Assembly (NCBI GenBank): GCA_002104905.1
Contig: MCFE01000337.1
Span: 28,247 to 92,246 of the forward strand
Direction of reading: 5' to 3'
Length of the DNA stretch: 64,000 nucleotides
DNA from: Basidiobolus meristosporus CBS 931.73
Taxonomy: Eukaryota > Fungi > Basidiobolomycota
Made by a program: the position numbers and the translations under genes. Of the stretch, positions 29,367 through 40,745 are shown piece by piece. The notes under the pieces were generated by a model. That model saw only the letters and a list, made by a program, of their open reading frames with translations. It was not told where the DNA came from and did not search any database. Numbering within the stretch: position 1 is the stretch's first letter; each line of letters begins with the position of its first letter.

Positions 29367-30986
29367 TCAACACTCAATGGCATCAAACTTCCGGAAGATC
29401 CAGTAGAAGATGACAGTCATGACTCCCATCAGTCCGGTTTGGATGCCGAACACGTACACAAAGTTGGGGTCGTTGCTCCACACTGCAAGGATCAGGCCAA
29501 TCAGACTGCCACCACAGTTGGTGAACAGGAAAAGAGAGGTCACCACCGACTTGAGCTCGGGGGCGGCTTGTCGGAAGGCGAACTCCAGGCCGGTGACTGA
29601 GGCGAAGATCTCGGAGATGGAGATTCCAATGAACGGGATCACTTGCCACCAGATGGAGATGTCGTTGACTGGTTGCTCACCCTCGGGCAGGCCACTCAAA
29701 TCGGTGAAGTTGTAGTAGGGGCCGGTCTTGTAGACCTGTGCTTGGAGAACGGTGACATAGACAAAGGCAAGTGTGGCAATTGTGAACCCGATGGTGATGC
29801 GTGTGATGGGACCAAGACGGCAGCCCATTCTTCTCAGCAATGGGAAGATGGCCGTGTCAAAGATAGGGATGGCAACTACCAGGACAAGGCTGTTGACCAG
29901 GTTCAGCTGCTCGGGCCCACTGATGAACGATGGTCTTTGCATCGTCAGTCCCATGTTGATGAAGTTGTCGGACATGTTGTAGTACAGAGCCCAGTAGAAG
30001 GGATAGAACAGGAACACCAAGCAGGCGCGCAGGGTTTTCTTGAGATCCTCGATGAACTGATCGTCCCACTCAAAGCCATCCACCTTGGCGTAGTCAAGCC
30101 AGTGCTCGATGGGCCCATTGGTCTTGGCATTGTCCAACGGGGTCTTGCGATGGGACAGAGCATACTTGATGCAGGAGTAGGTCTTCGAGAGGACAGTGCC
30201 GGATGGAGGCTTGACATAGTACAGCTTTTTGGCGGACACGAAGATCACGAGGCCAATCACGAACATGATCGCTGGCAGCGAGTAGGCCAGGGGATAGGAT
30301 CCGTAGTCGTTGGCAACGATGGGACAGATGAACTGGCCCAACAAGGCGCCACAGTTGATGGCCCAGTAGAAGAAGCGGAAGATGCGCTCAACGGTGAGCT
30401 GTGAGTCGGTGTAGACACCAGGGGTCTTGGTCGGGAAGATTCCTTCCTTGATCTGCTCAGCGGCAAAGGAGGAAACATTGGACTTGATGCCGCCGGTGCC
30501 GAAGGAGATGAAGACATACAGGGCAATCACGAAGCCGATCACACCGAAGCTTCCATCCAGAGAGGTTGGGAGGGAGCTGACTGCCAGGAACACCAAGCCC
30601 ACCATGTAGAAGAGGGAGAATATGACGATGGTCTTGAACTTTCCGATGTAGCGGTCAGCAACGACGGCACCAAGAATAGTGGTGCAATAGGCCAGAAACT
30701 GGAAGCCTCTGTTCACGGCGGTGGCAGTGCTCTTGTTGAAGCCAAGAACCTTGAGCATGTAGGGTTGGAACAGAAGCGAGGCACCGTAGAAGGCAAAGCG
30801 CTCGCACAGCTCGGTGATGATGATGAACCAGGCCGCGAGGGGGACCTTTCCAGCAACGCGTAGCTTGATGTCATCGGAGTTGGGAGGATCATCTTGTGCA
30901 GCATCGATGTGCTCCACTTGGGTAGACTTTTCGAAGGGCTTTTCTTCGCTCATAGTTGTTGTGGGGAATTTCTGAGGAAACAGCAT
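29367..30986 (-). CDS. PTR2: POT/PTR2 di/tripeptide:H+ symporter, copy A, intronless
   Basis: ExxERF motif ELCERFAFYG; GTGGIKSNVSSFAAEQ; FYWAINCGAL; GLEFAFRQAAPELKS. Open 539-aa ORF. Confidence 0.95.
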   Translation of the reverse strand: MLFPQKFPTTTMSEEKPFEKSTQVEHIDAAQDDPPNSDDIKLRVAGKVPLAAWFIIITELCERFAFYGASLLFQPYMLKVLGFNKSTATAVNRGFQFLAYCTTILGAVVADRYIGKFKTIVIFSLFYMVGLVFLAVSSLPTSLDGSFGVIGFVIALYVFISFGTGGIKSNVSSFAAEQIKEGIFPTKTPGVYTDSQLTVERIFRFFYWAINCGALLGQFICPIVANDYGSYPLAYSLPAIMFVIGLVIFVSAKKLYYVKPPSGTVLSKTYSCIKYALSHRKTPLDNAKTNGPIEHWLDYAKVDGFEWDDQFIEDLKKTLRACLVFLFYPFYWALYYNMSDNFINMGLTMQRPSFISGPEQLNLVNSLVLVVAIPIFDTAIFPLLRRMGCRLGPITRITIGFTIATLAFVYVTVLQAQVYKTGPYYNFTDLSGLPEGEQPVNDISIWWQVIPFIGISISEIFASVTGLEFAFRQAAPELKSVVTSLFLFTNCGGSLIGLILAVWSNDPNFVYVFGIQTGLMGVMTVIFYWIFRKFDAIEC

Positions 30987-31722
30987 GGAGGATGAGGCAG
31001 CTTTTATTAGTTGTCAGCCAAACTTAATTCAACCAAGTGACAGATTTGGCAAGATTGACATATATAAATATAGCCACTTACGGAAAGAAGATTTTTTAGC
31101 TGTACGATTGACCATTAAACTTGATTGGGAAGTACATCCAGATATACACCAAAATACGTGATTGCGATCAGCTGGTATTGTGGATAACTCTCTGCTATAT
31201 GGAATGACAACAGGAGTGTTGATAGCCATTACCAAAGACAGACCATTGAAAATAGCCAGATATGGGTGGCCGTTGTGATAGTCGAATATTCTCCAGAGGC
31301 GAGCCTGATGATAGCAGGAAGCAATATTCGTCCTTATATATTCTATTTAGCATATAGTATTTACGTGTTAGTGCACCAGAAGGGTTTGCTTTGCTCGTAA
31401 AGTTGAGTTTTATTGATTATCAGATGGTTCAATAGTAGAGTGTCAATATGAAGTTACCAATGTGCAGGAAATGGGAAAGTATGGCTCACTACACGACTGC
31501 TAATGCTCCAGAAGTTAAACAAACCATATATTTCAATGCATAATTCAACTCGAAATGAAAAGTCACACAGTCAATAGATCGCTTTGCTCAATACCAATAT
31601 CATTGGACAACTAGAGTTGTTCAACACTGAAATTGCGGAACGGTTTGATATGGTGATAGGATTAGAAATCTGCAATTAATTCTAATAAATCCGAAACTTT
31701 GCTGTTGTCCTTTACTCACAAC

Positions 31723-32187
31723 ATGCTGAGGGTCGAGAGAACAGACAGTAACGGTAAAGGCTTCAAACAATTGATAGCTGCCTTAGACGAGTATCTAGCC
31801 ATCGCTGATGGACATTTAAGTGAGGAGGAGCGAAATGCCTATGTGGAGCTAAATACTATCGAATACATAGACACAGTAGTTATGGCATACGATGATGAGG
31901 AGCCCGTTGGCTGCGTCTGTTTCCGACCATATGATGCTCAAAAGGCCGAACTAAAAAGAATGTTTGTCGCCCCTGAAAAGAGGAAGTTGGGCGTTGCTTC
32001 GGCCGTAATCGCTGAATCGGAAAACTGGATCAAAGAATTAAACTTCAAGGAGATTATACTGGAAACTGGCCAGAACATGCAAGCAGCAATCAACTTTTAC
32101 ACAAAGCAGGGATATGAACCTACTGACAGATATGGGGTATATGTTAATGCTCCGAACAGTGTTTGTATGAAGAAAGAGATTAAATAA
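31723..32187 (+). CDS. GNAT-family N-acetyltransferase, bacterial-like, intronless
   Basis: AELKRMFVAPEKRKLGVASAVI (motif A), IILETG, AINFYTKQGY (motif B). ATG at 31723. Confidence 0.9.
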   Translation: MLRVERTDSNGKGFKQLIAALDEYLAIADGHLSEEERNAYVELNTIEYIDTVVMAYDDEEPVGCVCFRPYDAQKAELKRMFVAPEKRKLGVASAVIAESENWIKELNFKEIILETGQNMQAAINFYTKQGYEPTDRYGVYVNAPNSVCMKKEIK

Positions 32188-32783
32188 AGGTTGTGATATA
32201 CTGATCTACAAATATAAGCCCTTAAGCCCTGTTATCATGGTAGACGTATTTATTTCGCGTGTAAAAAACCTTTCGTAAGAAAGGAATCGTTGAATGTTTA
32301 TGGGAATTAAGCAAGAACGATAGCATCTTTATGGTAAGTAAATAGGCGACCAATATCATGGAAATTATACCGAATTTTCGTGGTTCCTTATTACTGCTTA
32401 TTTCTCGAGATTGCCATATTAGAGTTGTGGTCCTGGAATCAATTAATTCCTATATTTTAGTTTTCTCTCTAGTAGACCAAAACCATCATTGGTTTTACAA
32501 AGCTCAGAGAATTTAACAAATAAACCACCCAATCGTGTTGAGCAACGCAGTGGAAAGTAGCTATTTATTAGAGGTATATGCTGAAATCTAATATACATAT
32601 TTAATATATTGGCACTCAACTCTGCTACATACCTCTGAAATATTCAAAGCACATCCCTGAAATTCTGAATGCCAGCGATATTACCAAGTAAACACTCACG
32701 AATAATTGAAACGCTATTGCTTTTATTTTACATCCTATGTATACTAATGTTACAATCAGGAAAACACCTTCTGGCACTTCCTA

Positions 32784-34403
32784 TCAACACTCAATGGCAT
32801 CAAACTTCCGGAAGATCCAGTAGAAGATGACAGTCATGACTCCCATCAGTCCGGTTTGGATGCCGAACACGTACACAAAGTTGGGGTCGTTGCTCCACAC
32901 TGCAAGGATCAGGCCAATCAGACTGCCACCACAGTTGGTGAACAGGAAAAGAGAGGTCACCACCGACTTGAGCTCGGGGGCGGCTTGTCGGAAGGCAAAC
33001 TCCAGACCGGTGACTGAGGCGAAGATCTCGGAGATGGAGATTCCAATGAACGGGATCACTTGCCACCAGATGGAGATGTCGTTGACTGGTTGCTCACCCT
33101 CGGGCAGGCCACTCAAATCGGTGAAGTTGTAGTAGGGGCCGGTCTTGTAGACCTGTGCTTGGAGAACGGTGACATAGACAAAGGCAAGTGTGGCAATTGT
33201 GAACCCGATGGTGATGCGTGTGATGGGACCAAGACGGCAGCCCATTCTTCTCAGCAATGGGAAGATGGCCGTGTCAAAGATAGGGATGGCAACTACCAGG
33301 ACAAGGCTGTTGACCAGGTTCAGCTGCTCGGGCCCACTGATGAACGATGGTCTTTGCATTGTCAGTCCCATGTTGATGAAGTTGTCGGACATGTTGTAGT
33401 ACAGAGCCCAGTAGAAGGGATAGAACAGGAAGACCAAGCAAGCGCGCAGGGTTTTCTTGAGATCTTCGATGAACTGATCGTCCCACTCAAAGCCATCCAC
33501 CTTGGCGTAGTCCAGCCAGTGCTCGATGGGCCCATTGGTCTTGGCATTGTCCAACGGGGTCTTGCGATGGGACAGAGCATACTTGATGCAGGAGTAGGTC
33601 TTCGAGAGGACAGTGCCGGATGGAGGCTTGACATAGTACAGCTTTTTGGCGGACACGAAGATCACGAGGCCAATCACGAACATGATCGCTGGCAGCGAGT
33701 AGGCCAGGGGATAGGATCCGTAGTCGTTGGCAACGATGGGACAGATGAACTGGCCCAATAAGGCGCCACAGTTGATGGCCCAGTAGAAGAAGCGGAAGAT
33801 GCGCTCAACGGTGAGCTGCGAGTCGGTGTAGACACCAGGGGTCTTGGTCGGGAAGATTCCTTCCTTGATCTGCTCAGCGGCAAAGGAGGAAACATTGGAC
33901 TTGATGCCGCCGGTGCCGAAGGAGATGAAGACATACAGGGCAATCACGAAGCCGATCACACCGAAGCTTCCATCCAGAGAGGTTGGGAGGGAGCTGACTG
34001 CCAGGAACACCAAGCCCACCATGTAGAAGAGGGAGAATATGACGATGGTCTTGAACTTTCCGATGTAGCGGTCAGCAACGACGGCACCAAGAATAGTGGT
34101 GCAATAGGCCAGAAACTGGAAGCCTCTGTTCACGGCGGTGGCAGTGCTCTTGTTGAAGCCAAGAACCTTGAGCATGTAGGGTTGGAACAGAAGCGAGGCA
34201 CCGTAGAAGGCAAAGCGCTCGCACAGCTCGGTGATGATGATGAACCAGGCCGCGAGGGGGACCTTTCCAGCAACGCGTAGCTTGATGTCATCGGAGTTGG
34301 GAGGATCATCTTGTGCAGCATCGATGTGCTCCACTTGGGTAGACTTTTCGAAGGGCTTTTCTTCGCTCATAGTTGTTGTGGGGAATTTCTGAGGAAACAG
34401 CAT
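32784..34403 (-). CDS. PTR2: POT/PTR2 peptide transporter, copy B
   Basis: Protein identical to copy A in the ORF track. Confidence 0.95.
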   Translation of the reverse strand: MLFPQKFPTTTMSEEKPFEKSTQVEHIDAAQDDPPNSDDIKLRVAGKVPLAAWFIIITELCERFAFYGASLLFQPYMLKVLGFNKSTATAVNRGFQFLAYCTTILGAVVADRYIGKFKTIVIFSLFYMVGLVFLAVSSLPTSLDGSFGVIGFVIALYVFISFGTGGIKSNVSSFAAEQIKEGIFPTKTPGVYTDSQLTVERIFRFFYWAINCGALLGQFICPIVANDYGSYPLAYSLPAIMFVIGLVIFVSAKKLYYVKPPSGTVLSKTYSCIKYALSHRKTPLDNAKTNGPIEHWLDYAKVDGFEWDDQFIEDLKKTLRACLVFLFYPFYWALYYNMSDNFINMGLTMQRPSFISGPEQLNLVNSLVLVVAIPIFDTAIFPLLRRMGCRLGPITRITIGFTIATLAFVYVTVLQAQVYKTGPYYNFTDLSGLPEGEQPVNDISIWWQVIPFIGISISEIFASVTGLEFAFRQAAPELKSVVTSLFLFTNCGGSLIGLILAVWSNDPNFVYVFGIQTGLMGVMTVIFYWIFRKFDAIEC

Positions 34404-35219
34404 GGAGGATGAGGCAGCTTTTATTAGTTGTCAGCCAAGCTTAATTCAACCAAGTGACAGATTTGAGAATATTGACAGATAGGGATATAGCCAATTTAGG
34501 TAGTTGACCCACTGATTTATTTCAAGCAAAATCCAATCAATTATACTTAAATAGGTAGCTCTTTCAGAAGATAGTTAACCTGAATCAATTTTTAGTCATC
34601 TGTTTACTTATCAAGATTTGCCAATCATTTAACCTTTTATGTACTGAGCATTTGCCTAGAGTAATTATCGGTTTGAGATCTTGGCCATATTCCAATCCTG
34701 ACCCCTAACCCCATCCAAATACAGATAACAACCAATCATGCCCTCTAGGCAACGACATCGGAAAGCTTTGATAGTTGTTTTGTAAGCACACGGGGCAAGG
34801 CCAAATTAGCAGCAATATTACCCAGCAGCTTGGCCATGGAGCTTATTGTAAGTAATTGGTGGTACTTCAAATCCAGTGATTTCTATTCTAATTTTATAAC
34901 TAAAGGCTAATTGACTGCTACTCTAAAGATATAAAAGTCACTCTCTCACTACATATGTAGCTTAACCATATTGTACATCTCTCCAAGCTTGGTCGGAAGG
35001 ATAAGTGCATTATCAATTAATCAGTGAATGTAACATCCACTCCCATATGCTCGGAATTAATTGCTTATTATGTGGAGGGAAATTCTCTTCTGGAATAGCA
35101 CGCGGCATTATTACTTTGTTGGGCTGGCTGCTTCCCCTGCATTTTCGTATCACTCCGAGCCCTTTATATTTGGCGGCCTTCGTTCTTCAGGCGGTAAGTA
35201 CGGCACTATTGGAGCAACT

Positions 35220-36527
35220 ATGGCTAGGTTAATCACCCTTTTCATTGCAGTTGCTATTGTTCACCCAACCTTTGGTGCCGTTCTTCCTCGTGGAAACGAA
35301 GTTTATACACTTCCGATTCGTCGTTCATTTGCCCATGCGTCCAGTATATCGCGTAGAAGTGTGTATGCTAGAGCAGTAGGAAGCATCCCAGCTCAAAGTA
35401 ATGTGGTCCATGTAACTACTTTTTTCATTCCACTATATCGTCGATTCTGAATAGTAATGAAGCATACCTATATATACACAGTATACCGCCTCCATTGGGA
35501 TCGGAACTCCACCTACTTCCTATGATCTTCTGATCGATACCAATTCTGCCAATACATGGGTAGGAGCACAGAAGGCCTACGTTCATACCAGCACCTCCAC
35601 CCAGACTGCAGATTCGGTTTCCGTCACTTATGGAAGTGGTTCATTCTCGGGAACCGAGTTCAGCGATACGGTGACGATTTCGCCTGGATTGGTGGTTCAA
35701 TCTCAATCAATTGGGGTAGCTTCCTCATCTCAAGGGTTTACCGACTGCGACGGGATACTTGGTTTAGGTCCAGTTGATCTAACCCTTGGCACGTTATCTC
35801 CCAGCACTGGCTCCACAGTCCCTACCGTTGTGGACAACCTGTTTTCACAAGGTACAATCCCTAGCAATGTTTTTAGCCTCTCATTTGAGCCATCTACTTC
35901 GCTGACTTCCACGAATGGTGAGATTACGTTTGGTGGCACGGATTCGACCAAATACACTGGCAGCATTGCTTATGCTCCTATCACTGCAACATCTCCGGCA
36001 AGGGATTTTTGGGGTGTTGACGGGTCCTTCCGATATGGTGCTTCTGAGCCTATCTTGTCAACTACCGCCGGATCCGTTGATTCGGGCACAACGTTACTCT
36101 TACTGCCAACAGACGCATTCCAAAAATACTTGAAAGCAACAGGGGCGGTGATTGATAAAGCTACTGGGTTGCCCAAGCTTACTTCAGCCCAATTCGCCAA
36201 GCTGAAGTCGCTTTTCATTACCATTGGAGGCACTACACTAGAGCTCACTGCAAATGCCTGCATATTTCCTCGGGCATTAAACACTCAAATCGGTGGAGAG
36301 GCTGGGGGTATCTATCTTGCATTTGGTGATTTAGGTTCGAACTCAGGTGCAGGCTTAGATTTCATTTTGGGGCTGACGTTCCTGGAGAGGTTCTATAGTG
36401 TATACGACGCAGATAACAAGAGAGTTGGTAAGTTGATAGCTTACGGAGGCCCTCGCTTTCTTTGTGCTAATATTCGTTATGCTTAGGTTTCGCCACTACT
36501 CGTTTCACACATGCGAACACGAATTGA
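35220..36527 (+). CDS. Secreted pepsin-family (A1) aspartic peptidase, polyporopepsin-like, 2 introns
   Basis: Signal peptide MARLITLFIAVAIV; YTASIGIGTPPTSYDLLIDTNSANTWV; flap SVTYGSGSFSG; DGILGLG; second motif VDSGTT; ILGLTFLERFYSVYD. Last intron rejoins to FATTRFTHANTN* (TGA at 36525-36527). Confidence 0.9.
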
Positions 36528-38309
36528 TTCCATACCATTGATTGCGTATCTCTTATACCAAGATTATACTGTTGCATGCATACGTGAAGTATACCTAATA
36601 AATGAATAAGTAGACTTTTGCGTGACGATTAATCCCAATGCACCAGTGCAGAAATTTTTTTGAAAAGGAGGGTTTCGGAATGCAGTGCATCACCTGTGGC
36701 CACCCTGTGAATTGTAATGTTACTATCTAATACAAGCTAACTATTTCTGAAGGATCGTTATACCAACACTCTGACATAAGAATCATGTATAGCAATGGTA
36801 ATAATAATGAAGCTCAGTTTTGATATGGTAAAGAGAAGAGTATTTGAGGGTATCGAATCAAGATTGAGGGAGATGTCAGACATGATTACCAAATATGTTC
36901 TCAGTGTTTTTCTTACCCATTGTGATAGATTACAGCCCAACACTACAAATTGACATTTTGTGATTTCCTATTCGGTCCAATGCTGACACCTCCAGATATT
37001 GGGTTCGTCCTTTATCGTCAAACAGATCTCAGATAGTTTTGGATATCATTATTACAGATTGAGTAGCATATTTAGTATGCATTACCAACCAAGTCATTCA
37101 ATTAATAGTAAAGAAGGCCAACCCTAAACACCACATATCTCATTAAGTTGTAGATCATCTTTATTTGATGCTTCCTTGTCAGCAAGAAATCATTCCTATA
37201 CATAACTGAAGTACACTTCTTGTGTCAATCGCAATAATACATATCATATTTCTGAGAGTTTGTGCGCTGCAAGTTGAGTTGAGTTGAATGTGTGCAAGGT
37301 AATCAAAAAGTAGATCGTGCTTATAGTCAAGCAGAATGTTAAATATATATCATAAGGGATTTTATCGTACGAGATATAGTTCAATACTACATAGTATCGA
37401 TTATCAGCCATAGATGAGATGGTACACAAGTATTGATCATAAGATAAACAGTTCTGAAGTGATGGTACATTATCTTGGCTGACCCATCAGGGATTTCTTC
37501 TGCTTTGCTACAAAGAATGGATAAGTAGTGAAATTGCTACATGTAATGGTAGCCAAATCTGATCGAAAACACCTCTATTGAATACAATAGTTGAGTAGCT
37601 TCAAAATAATCTATTGCCGATATCATGCTATTTTATATGCACAAGTGCTGCTTGCCAATGTGCCGAGATTTCACCGTCAATATTGCGCAAACATGGAGTC
37701 ATGAAGTAGCATGAATGGAAGTAAAAACTTGATGTATCCACAGGTCCTGCAGCTCGTGTATCTAGTTTATAGATCAATATCCGCATTTTTATACGACTCT
37801 AACAAGGACCACTTTATCCTAGAGACGTTGCGTATACAGACATCGTGACATTTTATTTTGGCATTACATATGATCAGCATTATCATATTTACCACTAGTA
37901 ATCATGAATCCAAATATGGACGGCGAATCTGCTTTTAGTTTCTCAACAAGCTTCGTTTACTCAATTTTGATCCTCAAAAAATCAAAAAGTTGGAGAATTT
38001 GGCATGCAGTATTTATTTTGCAACATCCTAAAGCAATAGGTACACATGATTGCTCCAAGTATTTCGAAGGGCAATATTGGCACGAAGTGCGAGTGATGGC
38101 TACTTGCTACAGAAATTTAGAGAGTAGATAGTCCAACAAATACGATTCTTGACAGTCTACTAGCACAATGGCGAAATTTTTAATGACAACATTAACATTA
38201 TCAAACTATCATAGAAATCACTCAAGATTAAACGAACTGCTTTTGCTTTTATTTTACATCCTATGTATACTAATGTTACAATCAGGTGAACACCTTCTGG
38301 CACTTCCTA

Positions 38310-39929
38310 TCAACACTCAATGGCATCAAACTTCCGGAAGATCCAGTAGAAGATGACAGTCATGACTCCCATCAGTCCGGTTTGGATGCCGAACACATAC
38401 ACAAAGTTGGGGTCGTTGCTCCACACTGCAAGGATCAGGCCAATCAGACTACCGCCACAGTTGGTGAACAGGAAAAGAGAGGTCACCACCGACTTGAGCT
38501 CGGGGGCGGCTTGTCGGAAGGCGAACTCCAGGCCGGTGACTGAGGCGAAGATCTCGGAGATGGAGATTCCAATGAACGGGATCACTTGCCACCAGATGGA
38601 GATGTCGTTGACTGGTTGCTCACCCTCGGGCAGGCCACTCAAATCGGTGAAGTTGTAGTAGGGGCCGGTCTTGTAGACCTGTGCTTGGAGAACGGTGACA
38701 TAGACAAAGGCAAGTGTGGCAATTGTGAACCCGATGGTGATGCGTGTGATGGGACCAAGACGGCAGCCCATTCTTCTCAGCAATGGGAAGATGGCCGTGT
38801 CAAAGATAGGGATGGCGACTACCAGGACAAGGCTGTTGACCAGGTTCAGCTGCTCGGGCCCACTGATGAACGATGGTCTTTGCATCGTCAGTCCCATGTT
38901 GATGAAGTTGTCGGACATGTTGTAGTACAGAGCCCAGTAGAAGGGATAGAACAGGAAGACCAAGCAAGCGCGCAGGGTTTTCTTGAGATCCTCGATGAAC
39001 TGATCGTCCCACTCAAAGCCATCCACCTTGGCGTAGTCCAGCCAGTGCTCGATGGGCCCATTGGTCTTGGCATTGTCCAACGGGGTCTTGCGATGGGACA
39101 GAGCATACTTGATGCAGGAGTAAGTCTTCGAAAGGACAGTGCCGGATGGAGGCTTGACATAGTACAGCTTTTTGGCGGACACGAAGATCACGAGGCCAAT
39201 CACGAACATGATCGCTGGCAGTGAGTAGGCTAGGGGGTAGGATCCGTAGTCGTTGGCAACGATGGGACAGATGAACTGGCCCAGCAAGGCGCCACAGTTG
39301 ATGGCCCAGTAGAAGAAGCGGAAGATGCGCTCAACGGTGAGCTGTGAGTCGGTGTAGACACCAGGGGTCTTGGTCGGGAAGATTCCTTCCTTGATCTGCT
39401 CAGCGGCAAAGGAGGAAACATTGGACTTGATACCGCCGGTGCCGAAGGAGATGAAGACATACAGGGCAATCACGAAGCCGATCACACCGAAGCTTCCGTC
39501 CAGAGAGGTTGGGAGGGAGCTGACTGCCAGGAACACCAAGCCCACCATGTAGAAGAGGGAGAATATGACGATGGTCTTGAACTTTCCGATGTAGCGGTCA
39601 GCAACGACGGCACCAAGAATAGTGGTGCAATAGGCCAGAAACTGGAAGCCTCTGTTCACGGCGGTGGCAGTGCTCTTGTTGAAGCCAAGAACCTTGAGCA
39701 TGTAGGGTTGGAACAGAAGCGAGGCACCGTAGAAGGCAAAGCGCTCGCACAGCTCGGTGATGATGATGAACCAGGCCGCGAGGGGGACCTTTCCAGCAAC
39801 GCGTAGCTTGATGTCATCAGAGTTGGGAGGATCATCTTGTGCAGCATCGATGTGCTCCACTTGGGTAGACTTTTCGAAGGGCTTTTCTTCGCTCATAGTT
39901 GTTGTGGGGAATTTCTGAGGAAACAGCAT
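38310..39929 (-). CDS. PTR2: POT/PTR2 peptide transporter, copy C
   Basis: Protein identical to copies A and B; only synonymous differences seen. Confidence 0.95.
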   Translation of the reverse strand: MLFPQKFPTTTMSEEKPFEKSTQVEHIDAAQDDPPNSDDIKLRVAGKVPLAAWFIIITELCERFAFYGASLLFQPYMLKVLGFNKSTATAVNRGFQFLAYCTTILGAVVADRYIGKFKTIVIFSLFYMVGLVFLAVSSLPTSLDGSFGVIGFVIALYVFISFGTGGIKSNVSSFAAEQIKEGIFPTKTPGVYTDSQLTVERIFRFFYWAINCGALLGQFICPIVANDYGSYPLAYSLPAIMFVIGLVIFVSAKKLYYVKPPSGTVLSKTYSCIKYALSHRKTPLDNAKTNGPIEHWLDYAKVDGFEWDDQFIEDLKKTLRACLVFLFYPFYWALYYNMSDNFINMGLTMQRPSFISGPEQLNLVNSLVLVVAIPIFDTAIFPLLRRMGCRLGPITRITIGFTIATLAFVYVTVLQAQVYKTGPYYNFTDLSGLPEGEQPVNDISIWWQVIPFIGISISEIFASVTGLEFAFRQAAPELKSVVTSLFLFTNCGGSLIGLILAVWSNDPNFVYVFGIQTGLMGVMTVIFYWIFRKFDAIEC

Positions 39930-40745
39930 GGAGGATGAGGCAGCTTTTATTAGTTGTTAGCCAAGCTTAATTCAACCAAGTGACAGATTTGAGAATATTG
40001 ACAGATAGGGATATAGCCAATTTAGGTAGTTGACCCACTGTTTTATTTCAAGCAAAATCCAATCAATTATACTTAAATAGGTAGCTCTTTCAGAAGATAG
40101 TTAACCTGAATCAATTTTTAGTCATCTGTTTACTTATCAAGATTTGCCAATCATTTAACCTTTTATGTACTGAGCATTTGCCTAGAGTAATTATCGGTTT
40201 GAGATCTTGGCCATATTCCAATCCTGACCCCTAACCCCATCCAAATACAGATAACAACCAATCATGCCCTCTAGGCAACGACATTGGAAAGCTTTGATAG
40301 TTGTTTTGTAAGCACACGGGGCAAGGCCAAATTAGCAGCAATATTACCCAGCAGCTTGGCCATGGAGCTTATTGTAAATGATTGGTAGTACTTCAAATCC
40401 AGTGATTTCCTTTCTAGTTTTATAACTGAAGGCTAATTGACTGTTACTCTAAAGATATAAAAGTCACTCTCTCACTACATATGTAGCTTAACCATATTGT
40501 ACATCTCTCCAAGCTTGGTCGAATGGATGCGTGCATTATCAATTAATCAGTGAATGTAATGCCCACTTCCATATGCTCGGAATTAATTGCTTATCATGTG
40601 GAGGGAGATTCTCTTCTGGAATAGTAGACAGCATTATTGCTGTGTTGGGTTGGTTGCTTTCCCTGCATTGTCGTATCACCTCGAGCCCTTTATATTTGGT
40701 GGCCTTCGTTCTTCAGGCAGTAGGTACGGCACTATTGGTGCAACT

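Larger units (their letters stand above)
32713..36853. repeat. Segmental duplication unit 1 (PTR2-B + spacer + protease), paired with 38239-42233
   Basis: Continuous near-identity to 38239-42233 across coding and non-coding sequence, apart from a roughly 150-bp deletion in unit 2. Confidence 0.9.

Noticed and set aside
34703-34711. CCCTAACCC upstream of PTR2-B (and its duplicate near 40228) as a telomere-protein binding site
   Set aside because: A single 9-mer copied by the segmental duplication; could be chance.
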